A stretch of 63,535 nucleotides of DNA, filler included, from Octopus bimaculoides (GCF_001194135.2; 3 parts of 3 records of this genome joined end to end with filler, not necessarily neighbours in it), one strand, 5' to 3'; numbered from the whole stretch's first letter, positions 25,334 to 37,888 are shown. Translations and numbers: made by a program. The notes: generated from the sequence alone by a model not told the origin.

Positions 25334-25750
25334 ATAGACTGCAACAAATAAAATGTTTCGATTTTTTTTCTTTTAATCATTGTCTCTAAATAGGACATTC
25401 AATTTTCCTACCACGTATGTTTCACAGGCTGTAAAAATTAATATTATATATCAATAAGAGCTTGCGTGATACTATAACTAGTCACTGGCGTCATGTCACC
25501 GTATGATTTAGGACTTTCCAGGGTTAAGATGCAAGTTTCGATCTCACTAAACAGCAGTTTGTAAGATATTTGCTGATCTCTTTTTATATTTTTGTCCATA
25601 TCTTAGGTTGCATCGAACTAAAACTGCGAGGACACACATGGGGTGGAATTAACCTAGTAGACATGGGTAATAAACTTAATCAGTCACACAATTAAACATC
25701 ATCACGTGGTCGTCAGGCGGTTGCAGTGTTGAGCTTATATATGTATATAT

Positions 25751-25920
25751 ACTTTTACTTGTTTCAGTCATTTGACTGCGGCCAAACAGGAGCACCGTCT
25801 TTGGTCTTTGTAAGCCTAGTACTTATTGTAACGATTCCTTTTTCCAAACCGGAAAGTTACGAGGACGTAAACACACCAGCATCGGTTGTCAAGTGATGGT
25901 GGTGGGGACAAGCACACAAA
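25751..25920 (-). mobile_element. SINE family A tail
   Basis: CTTTTACTTGTTTCAGTCATTTGACTGCGGCC...CACCAGCATCGGTTGTCAAG. Confidence 0.85.
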
Positions 25921-26485
25921 CACACACACACACACACACACACATACACACACACATACACACACACATATATATATATAAAGTTATATAATAAGGAAGT
26001 AGTAGTCCTTCAAGCTCATTATTGTCTTTGCTATAGAGTTTTAAGTCATCCATATAAAATAGAAGACCTATTTTATTGTCACCAATTTTATATCGATACC
26101 CTGTTCTGCTAAGTTCACTTGTAAGGGGTATTAGCGCTATGCAGAAAATTGAAGGTGGATGTGAGTCAGCTTGGAAACTGCCGCAGTTGATATTAATATT
26201 TTTTTGTGGTTAATACTCCATTAGAGTGGTATGATTAGAGATTCGTATTCCACACTGACATGTTGTACTTCAGGAAGTTTGAAATCACAGAATAAATTTT
26301 GAAGATATCCAGCGATTTCAATATTCATGAATGCGGCATGATGTCAAGGGCCTTTTTTATAATCAATCCAAGCGAATCTGAGATTGTTATGTCAGTTCTC
26401 AAGGATCATGCGATTGATTAAGAGTTGATCTTTGCATCCATATGAGCCTCGTCTCCATCTTGTTTGTTCAGTGGGGAAAATATCG

Positions 26486-27152
26486 GGATCTATTTTAAAA
26501 CGGGGGCGCCATATTTTCTTAACGAAACACTAACGAAACACTTTGAAACTTGGGACACTGGTACAATGTGTCATATAAAACATCTTTTACTCTTAGTCTT
26601 CTTAACAAAAAAAAAAGGAATTCGCAAGTTATTCCATGTTAAAGTTGTCGTATTTCTGTAATTTCAACCAATCAGTGACGTCTATTCAGCCTAATAGAGT
26701 TACTGCTGGGCGGTCATAAAAATGTTATTCCCTGTGACATATTTCACCGGTTTAATCGTAATTTATACGCATATATTGTTTATATAATGAATTACGCTGT
26801 GCGTATCTATGTGTGTAACAATTTTAGAGTTCGGATTCTAGAGTTAGGGTTAGTTTTAGGGTTAGGGTTAGGGTTACGGTTACGGTTAACAGTCTAGTTA
26901 GGGTTAGGGTTAGGGGATTAATACGATATACACCGTTACAGCGCAAACTGTTTTCAACTGAATAGACGTCAGTGATTAGTAGAAATTACCGAAATAAGAC
27001 AATTTTTTACATGAAATAAATTCGAATACAAAAATATTTTTCTGTTCTATAACACAAAATAGATAAGTATACGAAGTTTGAAAGTCTTTCGGTACCAAAA
27101 ACACTACATAAAACATAAATGAAAACTGGCGCCCCCGTTTTAAAATAAATCC
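26486..27152. mobile_element. 667-bp MITE with 26-bp TIRs, 8-bp TSD and internal telomeric repeats
   Basis: GGATCTATTTTAAAACGGGGGCGCCA / TGGCGCCCCCGTTTTAAAATAAATCC; TSD AAATATCG at 26478-26485 and 27153-27160; inverted subterminal blocks. Confidence 0.92.
26844..26916 (+). repeat. Interstitial (TTAGGG)n-like array inside the MITE
   Basis: Several exact TTAGGG units with TTACGG variants. Confidence 0.85.
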
Positions 27153-29564
27153 AAATATCGTTCTGTTTCCTAAATTTGTATGTTTTCTCCACGAGGATGG
27201 ATGTTAAAATTTTATGTGATGTATAGGTATGTTATGGGCCGATAGTTTTAGGGAAATTTGGTTTCCTTATTCTTCGGGAGTGCGGAAGTAATATCTCTTG
27301 CTAACCAATCAGGTGTTTTTGTAGGATCTCTCATAATTTCATTGAATAACAGAACGAAGTTTTCGTGTGCGCACGGGAGCGATGCGAGCCAGATTTTTGG
27401 CACCCTGCCAATACCGAGGGATCTCCACTTATGAGTTTTAGTGAGTGGCATCCTTAGATCTGCTATTGTGATGTCTTCCCATGCTCTGTTCCGGTAAGAT
27501 TTTGTAGGATCGTTTTGTGCGTCTAAATCAGTCTGCATTTTCACTGTATATATTTTCCTCACTCCAGATATTTTCCCAAAGGTTTTCAACTTCTTCCATG
27601 GGAGTGATATCTTCAGCGGTTATTTTCTCTTCCCCTATTTCTCTGTAGAATGTTTTCGCTTTGGATTTGAACAGCTTATTTTAATTGCAAAACATTTTTC
27701 TCTTCTCAAATCTTCGTATTCTTTTCACTTTCACTTGATCTTATTGTTGCCGTGTTTCTTTTGCTGAAAGCAATTCTTCTCTTGGTGAGAATTTATGTTT
27801 TCTCTTCAACTTTCTTCCTTTTTTGAGGATTTTACATTGTTTCCACAGATTGGTTCATTCAATATTGATGTTTCACCTCTCATTATTCCAGTCTCTTTTT
27901 CAATTTTACTTTTCCAATTTGTAATCCTTCTCAAGTTTGTATTTCTTTGTCTTTTCAGAAGCATACAACTGGTTTCAATTGTCTTTGCAGTTGCGCAAGC
28001 AATTTCGTTTAACACAGTGGGAACTGGTTCTTGTATGATTTCTTTTCTTAGTTTCCAATTTTAGTTTGTTTTCTAATTTGGATTGTATTTGAAAGTTTAT
28101 TAAGTGGTTCTCTATCATGCATATTGGCGTATCTTACAACTGCAAGCTTATTCAGGAGTTTCTGCTTCATTTCTATCATAGATTCTCTGTGTTCTTCAGT
28201 AAATGTGCAGTTTTCGAATATGTTTCTTTACCACTTTCCTCGCTATCTTTATCAGGTCAATTACAATTTACATATTCAGACGTTTGCGTGTCCCCGTCAG
28301 ACGGCAGTCTTTGAATTGAGACTCGTAGAAAGTTGCTCTCTTTGTCTAGTTCATTTTCCGCTGCGTGCTTGATCGCGGTTATTTCACTATCTGTGAGTAT
28401 TCCTCTTAATATTTGCTAACTTGTTTTCGTCCAAATATTGTCTGCTGACTTGATATCATGTTCTCCATATTTGATAAGAGTGTGTAGTGTGTTTCTCTTC
28501 AGATGGCCTGACTAATGCATAATAATAGGCGTATATTACTTCTGTATACTCTTCTCAGGTCCATGTAAGATCATCTTAGATTTTTCTCTGTGGTGAGTGA
28601 GTGTGGTGGTGAACTTGGATGGCTGGAGTTGAGGCAGTTCCTTTTCAAGTGACCATCTAAGTTCGTATTCAAAGAAGAGTTTGTGCCAGTGGATGACTTT
28701 TTGACCCAGGCTTGCTTGCTCTCCCTCCCTCCCTCTCTCTCTCGCTCTCTCCCTCTCCCTCTCCTCTCTCTCTCCCTCCCTCTCTTGGGAGAGGCGCTTC
28801 CAAATTAACAACAAGACAAGTGATTTGGTGTGCTGTTGTAGTTTTCCTTTTTGTTTCGTAAGACTATTTTTGCAAGACTAAAATTGTTAGTATTGAGCTT
28901 TGTAATGTGGTGGATGTAGAGACGGGTATTGTCTCTGCCACTATTGTCAGCTCAGTCATTAATGCCGTCACAGTTACTTATACCTTGCCATTATAGCATT
29001 GGTCATCGTTAGTTACCACCAATTGTTCTGTATCCCTGTGTTTAACTTTTCCATCTATGGTGGCAGTATAACCGCTGTTTAGTTAAGTCTGCCATTTTTG
29101 CTCCTATTATGTAGTATTATTAAATGTCTTGTACTTGAGATAATCATAAATATGTGAGGGGTGGAGAGAATAGCTGAAAAGAAGAGAAGCAGCTTAATGA
29201 ATAGACCAAATTCCACAGGCCTGTAAGTAGGATTCGACAGATGGTGAGGAGATCAACAGTGGGGCTTCGAATTCTTGTACGATCAGGAAACAAAAGAAGC
29301 GTCACACCCTTGCGGTCAGCAGAAGCCAAATGTGTTTACTACTGGCTACTAGCGATCAATGAGAGCGCTGACCTTGGCCTTGGAAAGAACCAACTCACCT
29401 TCTTCTATTTTTAATTACTGATAGAAAAAATAATCATATATATATATGACATATATATATATATATATATATATATGTTCAAAAAACACACAAAAAACAA
29501 TAACAGAAAAAGAACAAAGTGAGGACGTGATACGGATAGTGTTATTGGACGCTCGGGAAAGGAA

Positions 29565-29606
<42 letters not shown>

Positions 29607-29978
29607 TGATATTAACATCATGGAATTTTTCTTTTCTTTTTATGTTTTGCTGTGATTTACACTTTTCTTAATTGTGCAGTTTGTATATATTAACAAGTGC
29701 TTCTTTCCTTAATTTTTATCGTGTATTTGATAGTGGTGTTGCAATAAAACGTATGTTTACATATTGAAGTAGTCAGGCAGAAAAGTAGGGTATAATTTTC
29801 ACAGGAAATCGTAGATATTAAAGTTTTTAAATTTTCTGAAGATCGTTTTTCTGTCCGACCAGAGAAAACTGTAATGTTCTTGCAATAAAAAGGATATTTA
29901 TATTTTGGAATACTCAAGGAGAAAGGAAAGGAAAGAAGAGGAAAATTTTCACAGAAAATTGTAAATATTAAAGTTTTT

Positions 29979-29979
<1 letters not shown>

Positions 29980-30076
<97 letters not shown>

Positions 30077-30095
30077 TATTATTATTATTATTATT
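29980..30095. repeat. (ATC)n(ATT)n compound microsatellite at a LINE 3' end
   Basis: Direct reading. Confidence 0.95.
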
Positions 30096-30515
30096 GCCTT
30101 TGCACAGCTTCTAGCGCTGAAGATCTACTACGGTACCAGCTGTTCACTACCAGTCAACTAAGGTAACACCCCTTATTTTTCGAGCACCATCGGCAGTATA
30201 CGAGCGATTCTAAGCAGTGCCGTTTTCTGCAAGTGTTCCACCCTTATTGCAACCCTTATTTGTTTTATGTACTTCCCAACATGTTTACTCACTGTTCCCA
30301 GGGCTCCGACATTTATTCATACAACTACCACCTTTTTCAGTGACCTCAACTGCTTAACCTCCCAATCTAACCTGTCATTTCATTCTTCCTTATCGCATAA
30401 CTTGTTATCAGTTAGGCATGCTATATCTATGATCGAGCATCGTTTGCTTTCTTTCTCAATTAACACTGTGTCGCGATGAATCATAAAATCCCATAGGATC
30501 TTTTCATTATCATTT
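30096..30515 (-). mobile_element. R4/Dong-like 3' end (RLE domain and 3' UTR)
   Basis: KILWDFMIH...IIDIAC...NVGALGTVSK...EHLQKTALL; ends in (AAT)n. Confidence 0.85.
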
Positions 30516-30522
30516 GTGAGGA

Positions 30523-30745
30523 TAAGGCGGCGAGCTGGCAAAAAGATTAGCAAACCAAGAGAAATACTTAGCGGTATTTCGTCAGTCTTTATGTTCTGAG
30601 TTCAAATTTCGCCGATGTCGACTTTGCCTTTCATATTTTCAGGGTCGAGAAATTAAGTACCAGTCGCGTACTGGGGTCGATCTAATCGACTGCCCTCTTC
30701 CCCAAAAATTTCGGGCCCTGTGCCTAGAGTAGGAAAGATTATCAT
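30523..30745 (+). mobile_element. tRNA-derived SINE family B, full length
   Basis: TAAGGCGGCGAGCTGGCA...GTTCTGAGTTCAAATT...GGGGTCGATCTAATCGACT...GGGCCCTGTGCCTAGAGTAGGAAAGATTATC. Confidence 0.9.
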
Positions 30746-30800
30746 TTTCGATTATGCCTTCGGGTTTATGTTCGGACCACTTCTATGCTCTATCAAGTCA

Positions 30801-30864
<64 letters not shown>

Positions 30865-30868
30865 GTAT

Positions 30869-30909
<41 letters not shown>

Positions 30910-30913
30910 TCAA

Positions 30914-31120
30914 TACGGCGTTGAGATAGGAGAATCTTTTTCACTCCGGCCAAAATGCAAGGGGCATTTTGCCTGTCTTTATATTCTGGCTCCAAATTAC
31001 GCTGAGGTCGATTTTGCTTTTCCTCATTTCGGTATTGATTAAAATTGGTGTCATGAAATCGGTTAACCCCTACTCCGCATTTGCTGGCCTTGTGCCAAAG
31101 CATGAAACCATTATTTTCTC
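30914..31120 (+). mobile_element. SINE family B, diverged copy
   Basis: GAGGTCGATTTTGCTTTT, GCTGGCCTTGTGCCAAAG..GAAACCATTATT tail. Confidence 0.75.
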
Positions 31121-31790
31121 TTCTTAGCTTCTGACACTGGAGATACATTGCGGTGTCAGCTGTTCAATACCAGCGAACTGACGTATCACACCTTATTTTC
31201 TCTGCACCCTCCGGAATAGTCGAGCTATTCCAAGAAGTGCTGTTTCCTGTCAGCGTTCCGCCTGCCTTTGTTTTATGTACTTCAAAAGATCATTACTTAC
31301 TGTTCCTTAGGCTCCGAAAATTATTGATATTACTATCACCTTTTTCAGCAACCACAACTATTTAACCTCCATAACTAACCTGTCATAACTGTCGATTTTT
31401 TTCTTCTTTAATGTATACATTGTTCTCAGCTGGGCATGCTATATCCATTATCCAGCACTGTTTGATTTCTTTCTTAATTATCACAATATCTTGCTTCCTA
31501 TTCTCTGTCTCATAGACACACTGAAACATAAGGTCCCACGGGATCTTTGCATTATCATCTTCGATAATTTATATTTGTACTACATTTCTTCTCTCACAAG
31601 CCCATAGATGTTGCTAAGTGCTCAATGGACTATCCATGCTATGCTTTCATGTCGCCTCTTATATACTTTATCGGCTAGTGCTGTACATTGTTAATAAGCT
31701 GTACAGTTTTCCCAGCCTCTCCACAAATTCTGCAATTATCACTTTCTATATTGGGATCTGTCCTGTGTCTGACGTAATTAGGTTTTGACG
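31121..31790 (-). mobile_element. R4/Dong-like 3' fragment (zinc knuckle and RLE)
   Basis: NCRICGEAGKTV...RRH...IVHW region; IIFGALGTVS; ETALLGIARL; 3' UTR similar to 30096-30180. Confidence 0.85.
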
Positions 31791-31826
31791 AAATTAGCTC
31801 TTAATGCTTACTCTTGAGCCACACGG

Positions 31827-31869
<43 letters not shown>

Positions 31870-31873
<4 letters not shown>

Positions 31874-32170
31874 GGACACTAAATAAACTAACGAAAATAG
31901 ACAGGAAGACAAGAAAAATAATGACAGGATCTAGGATGCACCACACAAAATCTTACATAGAAAGGCTATATTTACAACGTACAGAAGGTGGTAGAGGCCT
32001 TATACAGTTCGAAAACTATTATAAAATAACCACCATAGCACTGCAAAAATACCTACTTCAGAAACAAGGAAAAGTAATACAAATAGCCACAACACACGAG
32101 CAAAACAAAACAAAAATTTTCAGTATTTAAGGAAGCTGACAAATACAAACAAGAAATCATACTACCTAAT
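31870..32170 (+). mobile_element. R4/Dong-like post-RT fragment
   Basis: NWTLNKLTKIDRKTRKIMT...MHHTKSYIERLYLQRTEGGRGL; flanked by (ATT)n and (GAA)n. Confidence 0.85.
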
Positions 32171-32173
32171 AAA

Positions 32174-32204
<31 letters not shown>

Positions 32205-32277
32205 AAGAAGAAGAAGAAGAAGAAGAAGAAGAAGAAGAAACAACAAAAGCTATAAAACAAATGAAATCCAAACTAAA

Positions 32278-32365
32278 ATTAAGTACCAGTTGTGTACTGG
32301 GGTCGATCTAATCGACTGGTCCCCTCCCCCAAAATTTCGGGCCTTGTGCCTACAGTAGAAAAGTA
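32278..32365 (+). mobile_element. SINE family B 3' half
   Basis: AATTAAGTACCAGTTGTGTACTGGGGTCGATCTAATCGACTGG...GTGCCTACAGTAGAAAAG. Confidence 0.9.
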
Positions 32366-33809
32366 TACGTTCTGGCTCATTCGAACGTGAATATCTCATT
32401 GTTGTTGCTTTTATCAACTAAGTACCATGCGGCGCCATCTAACGTTCTTAAGGGAAAATTGAGGTACCACTTTTGACCATATTGGATAAAACTTCGATAT
32501 AAAGTAAACTTATTTGCTGATTCATGCTGATATCTGCAAAGCAGATATTAAATCATGAAGTGCACGCAGAACAATGAGAATGCAAACAATGACGTAGGTA
32601 TGCATTCCTAATTCATTCTGGCTGACAGCCATGTTAGAATCTGCCAGAACATATTTAGAAGGCACACGCACGGACACACACGCACACAGATGTTACATAC
32701 ATTTACGTTCAACACTTACTTTAAGTTTAGAGAATAATCAATGAATAAAACTATGTAATACATATTTTATAGTTAAGAAAACGAATGAACAGCGTGGGCT
32801 CTCAACGCTTAATGCTCGCCTTCTTATGAAAACAAACAGAAAAGATGACGACAAAATACAAATATTATAAAATGAGTGAAGAAAATTTGGGAAGCGAGAA
32901 TACGAAAAAGGTATACACAAAGAAATCTTAAGGGACTCTCATACTGCTGGAATAAGCGTTGCAAATATAATGTGTGTATGCCTTGCAAATATCGGAAACA
33001 TCATTGGCTAATTAAGTAATGATCATTATGTTCTTCACTGTGTGAAGATAATGGCAACAGCAATTCGAGAAATTCAGAAAACCATCTAAAATTCATGCTG
33101 GAAGTCCATGCTTGCCTAGTTTGGTTAATGCCGCAATGGGCATTCAATTCTTCATGGTGACAAGATAATTGAAATTGCATTCCGTTAAAATTAAGAAAAC
33201 ACACCTTAAATGTGTGTTGGGAGGCTATTTTAGCGTGTTGAACACTGAGTGGTGGTGATACTGAAACAAGAAAAAAAGTGTAAATACAGACATAATTACT
33301 ATCACTCATTCAGTAGTGGTGGAGGCTCAGATGATTTCGTTGTCGAAAGAATTGAAGGATTGCTTGTGGATCATTGAGAATGATTCTAATACGGAATACA
33401 TGGAACGCATCGTATTGCGATAAACATAAAGCATTTCAGAACATTCTTATAATGTAAAAGCTAACAGTTCTTGTCAACCCTTGAAAACCCATTACCTAAA
33501 AGCAGGCATACCTAGCAAACACGAACGTTCAAATACTGGATTGAAATCAGAGATATAACCTACACCTTCTCAAAACAAAAAATAAAATATCTTATTAATA
33601 TCCAAATAAGACCATCATGTATATCATTATTCAGTTTAATTTCAAGATTTTTTGCCAATAGAGAAAGGACATGGTATTTTTGTATGTATGTATGTATGTA
33701 TGTATGCGTGTCTATGTATGTATGTATGTATATTCGCAGATTCGTATGTTTTGTTTTATATATGTACTCTCATGCATATAGCTACATATCTAGACGTGCT
33801 CGTATATAC

Positions 33810-34640
33810 TTACATGATAAACTTCTGGAAAGTTATACGGATTTTGTCGGTTCCAATGATGCAGTAGATTCGTAGTTTTTGAATCAGATTTCTCCGTTCT
33901 GGTTTCGAGAAGCCTAATTTCTCAAGATTGGTATTTAGGCATTGTGTTGCGTATCCCAGTGTCCTAATAATTACAGATATAAACCTGAACTTTTAATCTG
34001 GATAGAGTAACTGCAGATACCTCAAAAGTTCAACGTGCGTACTTTCTTTTTCGGTGATCTTTAGCTTTATGTTAACATCTGCTGGGCAGCTGAATTTCAC
34101 ACCTGTACAGAGGTTCTCTTCTTTATCCCAAATTCGTTATATCAGGTCTAATGTGTTTACACTTTATTTATGTTTTCGCGGGGACATTCCACCTGCACTC
34201 CTTTTTATTATGAGTGGCTATGGCTTCTACCAAACTGTGGGATTTTTATCTCTTTGTCCTTGGGGGTCATCCTTCCGACGGATTTCAATATATAATGTCC
34301 AAGCTACATCAGGTCTCCTTTTTATTATGAATGGTTATGACTTCTACTATACTGCGTGATTTTTATTTCTCTGCCCTTGGGGTCATCTTTTCCAAGCTAC
34401 AACATCAGGTCTCATCGCTAGATATTATCGTAATGACATTTTCAGACAACTGCTTACGATGTGGGTGATACCTTCGGTGTTAAATCTACAAAGTCTGCAT
34501 CGGCTGTCACATTACTGCATCTCCTGCATTTCTGTTCCTTTTGTACATCAGGTATTTGGTTGATATTTCCTGTTCCTAGATTGCAAACACATACCCTTCA
34601 AAGTGGAAGATAGTAATCTGCTTGTTGGTTCATGATAGAC
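33810..34640 (-). mobile_element. RLE-type LINE 3' fragment (a different R4-like family), with internal tandem duplication
   Basis: KCRRCSNV knuckle; KCKHIRPDI..IWDKEE..CT..FSCPADVNIKLKI..LQLLYPD..FRFI..II..LG; duplicated block 34200-34310 vs 34316-34410. Confidence 0.75.
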
Positions 34641-36204
34641 TGCTTTGATGATCACTGCTATTGTTATCTCGCAGGTTTCTGCTAACATATCCATGCATGG
34701 TCGTCTGCTCATATACACTCATCCTTTCACATGCTGATATGTTACGTCAGAGTCGTGTATGTATGTATGTAATATATATCTGTATATATTTTTTTCTTTT
34801 ACTTGCTTCACTTCAAACGGTGGTGGGGTGGCAAATACAGTATACATATATACATTTATATATATNNNNNNNNNNNNNNNNNNNNNNNNNNNNNNNNNNN
34901 NNNNNNNNNNNNNNNNNNNNNNNNNNNNNNNNNNNNNNNNNNNNNNNNNNNNNNNNNNNNNNNNNATCCTAATTCCTCTGACAGGTGTTACGACCACTCA
35001 TTGAAATTCTCCAAATGAGTGCGAGCACGGAGGATCTCCTCAGTAGAATCATTAGGTGCAACCACTCCAACGACCTCACAGGGTTTGTAGTGGATAGAAT
35101 GGATGTTGTTTCAGTCTTCCTATCTATAGACATAAATTTTTCAGTGGAAAAATGCATTGAGATTACCTGTGTAATTGAGGTAGAATTCCGCGAAGTTAAC
35201 ACGTGAGACAATCTGAAGCGATGGAACATTCCCGTTCTGTCCTAGGAAACAAGTTCCAGAATGCAGGACTTGGCGCCAATCAGGTTTCTACTCTGTTCAA
35301 TGTTTTGAGCAAAGTTGACTGCAGCATCGGGACGAAATTCGTGTAATCATAAAGGCACGCTGCCAAAACGCTGCTCTTCTACACGAAAACCTTATCTGTC
35401 ATCGTGTTTTTGTGGCACGAAACAAAGTAGGCCTTGCAACTCGATCAAGCAAACTGTGTCCATACATTGTTTCATGTGCTAAAAAGCCTTGCCAGGCAGC
35501 AGCAGGCCTCGAGAGACACACTCGTGTCCACAGAACATGATTACTGCTTTATTTTGCTGAATCCTCATCTGTCTTTCACGACGAGAGATATAATTACGGA
35601 AACACATGCTGCAGAGATTCTATCTACAAATTCCCCTTGAAATATATTGTTCCAACCGAATTTTCTGTTGCAGGCACAGAAACAGCAAAGCGCTAAAAAT
35701 ATTTAAGTTTCCTGCAAGATTCTAAACTACAAACATCAACATAAAACTCTCCCCTCGAATCAGTTTAGCTTTTTCGTCAGTAATTAATAGTGATTTAAAA
35801 AAAAATAGTTCTCTACACGCGTCATAATCTTAAACAAAACATCTGCTACATTTACCGAGTTTTCATCTATCAGTCAACAGACCTCAACATTCGCTTCATT
35901 TATCAATGGTTCAACAATCAATAATTTTTATTTTAGTATCACTGAAGAGTCATGTATTTCACAAGAGAAAAAAAAATACCTAAAAAAAACACAGTTACTT
36001 CTTCGTTAATTAAATTTTCATTCTTTTCGTTATGATCAAATCTAATTGCCAGTTACATTTTACATGCATGATTGCATCAGTGCTTTAGAGTTTTATTGCG
36101 ATATGTTTGTTCGTTAATCATAGTAAAATTAATGATAAGCCATAAGAGAATAAGAGAGATAGGGTCATATGTAAAGAGAACATCAGAAAGATAGATAGAA
36201 CGAT

Positions 36205-36275
<71 letters not shown>

Positions 36276-36462
36276 CAGAGACAGAGTGGGACAATGAAAG
36301 AGAAAGAAGGAGAGAGAGAGAGATGGTCAGATTGTGTTACTGATATTGGTTCTATAAAGTTATGGTTACAGATCTAGATCGCGAACTACTTCATATGTTT
36401 TACGTACGTAAGTGCATATGTAAGTATTATCTACTTTTGCACACACAAACACACACACACAT

Positions 36463-36518
<56 letters not shown>

Positions 36519-36844
36519 GCACACACACATGCACACATTTGTATATTCATATATATATATATGTGTCTATACACAAGTATACCAATTGTATCACTACTTG
36601 TTAAAATCACACTTTATATTATATTATATACCAGGGAATTCTGATGCAAGATATGAAAATATTTGTAAATATTTAACTGTTATTCATGTTATATTAAAAT
36701 TCTTAACAGAAAACTTTCAGAGACTGCCATTTTGAATGGAGGTTTTGCACGGAATGAATTTAAGATAGTCTATCGAAATGAAGGATAAAACATAGATGTT
36801 ATCTCTATGCTCATAGATTCATTTGTTTGTAAGTAACATAACCC

Positions 36845-37815
36845 CCCACAGGCGACCTATTCAACCTGGCAAAAACATCCATCTTTCACCATCTTTTGAA
36901 TAGGATTATTTCCTTTCGATCATCTCACCACACATATACCACCAAATCTATTTCTTCTATTCTCAAATTCACAAGAANNNNNNNNNNTCATCTCACCACA
37001 CATATACCACCAAATCTATTTCTTCTATTCTCAAATTCACAAGAACACCACCTACGCATACAGACTACGTCACTCCTTTCAATCCCTTTCCACCGTCTAT
37101 AAATAGGCTTGACAGCATCCTAAAGTATGATACTACTAACTACCTTTCCCACCCATCCCTTCCCTTTATCTCTGTCCTTGGTTTATCACTCATACCCCAC
37201 CACCTATATACTACACACACGCATTCCTTCCTACTCACTAGACCTTTTAACCTCATCCCCCTATTCCTCCTTCACTCTATATGCTCATCCCCTCTACCCT
37301 GTTAAGACCAACAGACCATAAATATATCTCTACCATCCTCCGCCTCTAGCTCTCCTCCATCCCCTTTCACATTCCTCTCTTCATGACTTGACCTAATTAC
37401 CGCTCACTTTTCACTTGACTTGGCCATTCTTCAAGTAAACAAGCAAAAATCCATCGCAATATGGAATATATGTACCTCTGCTATCTATGCTATATCAACT
37501 TTCGCTACAACATAAATCTCTGGATTATCCACACAAGGATTACTTTGCACGGATTTCTACACGGATATTCACCACTGGAATGAAACTACACTTCAAGTAC
37601 TGTTCTCTCTTTTTTCAGCACATCACACTCTTTACCGCTTCATACTAAAAATATCCGCCTATGGATATAATAATAGATTACTTTATTTTTTCTGTCTCCG
37701 ATGNNNNNNNNNNATAATAATAGATTACTTTATTTTTTCTGTCTCCGATGAAGGGAAGTACTGGATCTTCCCAGAAACAGCTGTAAGACTCTATCCATAA
37801 AATACGTCTCCAACC
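36845..37815 (+). mobile_element. Probable PLE pseudo-LTR/non-autonomous element carrying the hammerhead
   Basis: Pyrimidine/AC-rich non-coding block ending just after the hammerhead motif; family assignment is inferred from the ribozyme type. Confidence 0.4.
37741..37789 (+). ncRNA. Minimal type I hammerhead ribozyme (PLE type)
   Basis: Stem I GTCT/AGAC; core CCGATGA (U4C); stem II GGGAAG/CTTCCC with loop TACTGGAT; GAA; stem III AC/GT with loop AGCT (palindrome ACAGCTGT); predicted cleavage after GTA at 37785. Confidence 0.75.
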
Positions 37816-37854
37816 TTACCTTTGCTCTCTTTATCTTTTTGTTTTTATATATTT

Positions 37855-37888
<34 letters not shown>

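Larger units (their letters stand above)
25990..29400 (-). mobile_element. R4/Dong-like non-LTR retrotransposon, 5' region through RT, degraded and interrupted by a MITE
   Basis: WT*EEYTEVIYAYYY...LDENKLANIKR; KWRSLGIGRVPKIWL...LPKNKETKFP; NDIFPTEQ...GSYGCKDQLLINRMILEN, AWIDYKKALD, LLFYMDDLKLY (about 26040-26070); the boundary beyond about 28700 is uncertain. Confidence 0.85.

Noticed and set aside
26844-26916. True telomere or chromosome fusion site
   Set aside because: Short, degenerate, single orientation and enclosed by MITE TIRs
36918-37045. Perfect direct repeats flanking 10-N gaps (also 37666-37750)
   Set aside because: Typical unmerged contig overlaps, so not evidence of a tandem retrozyme or duplicated hammerhead
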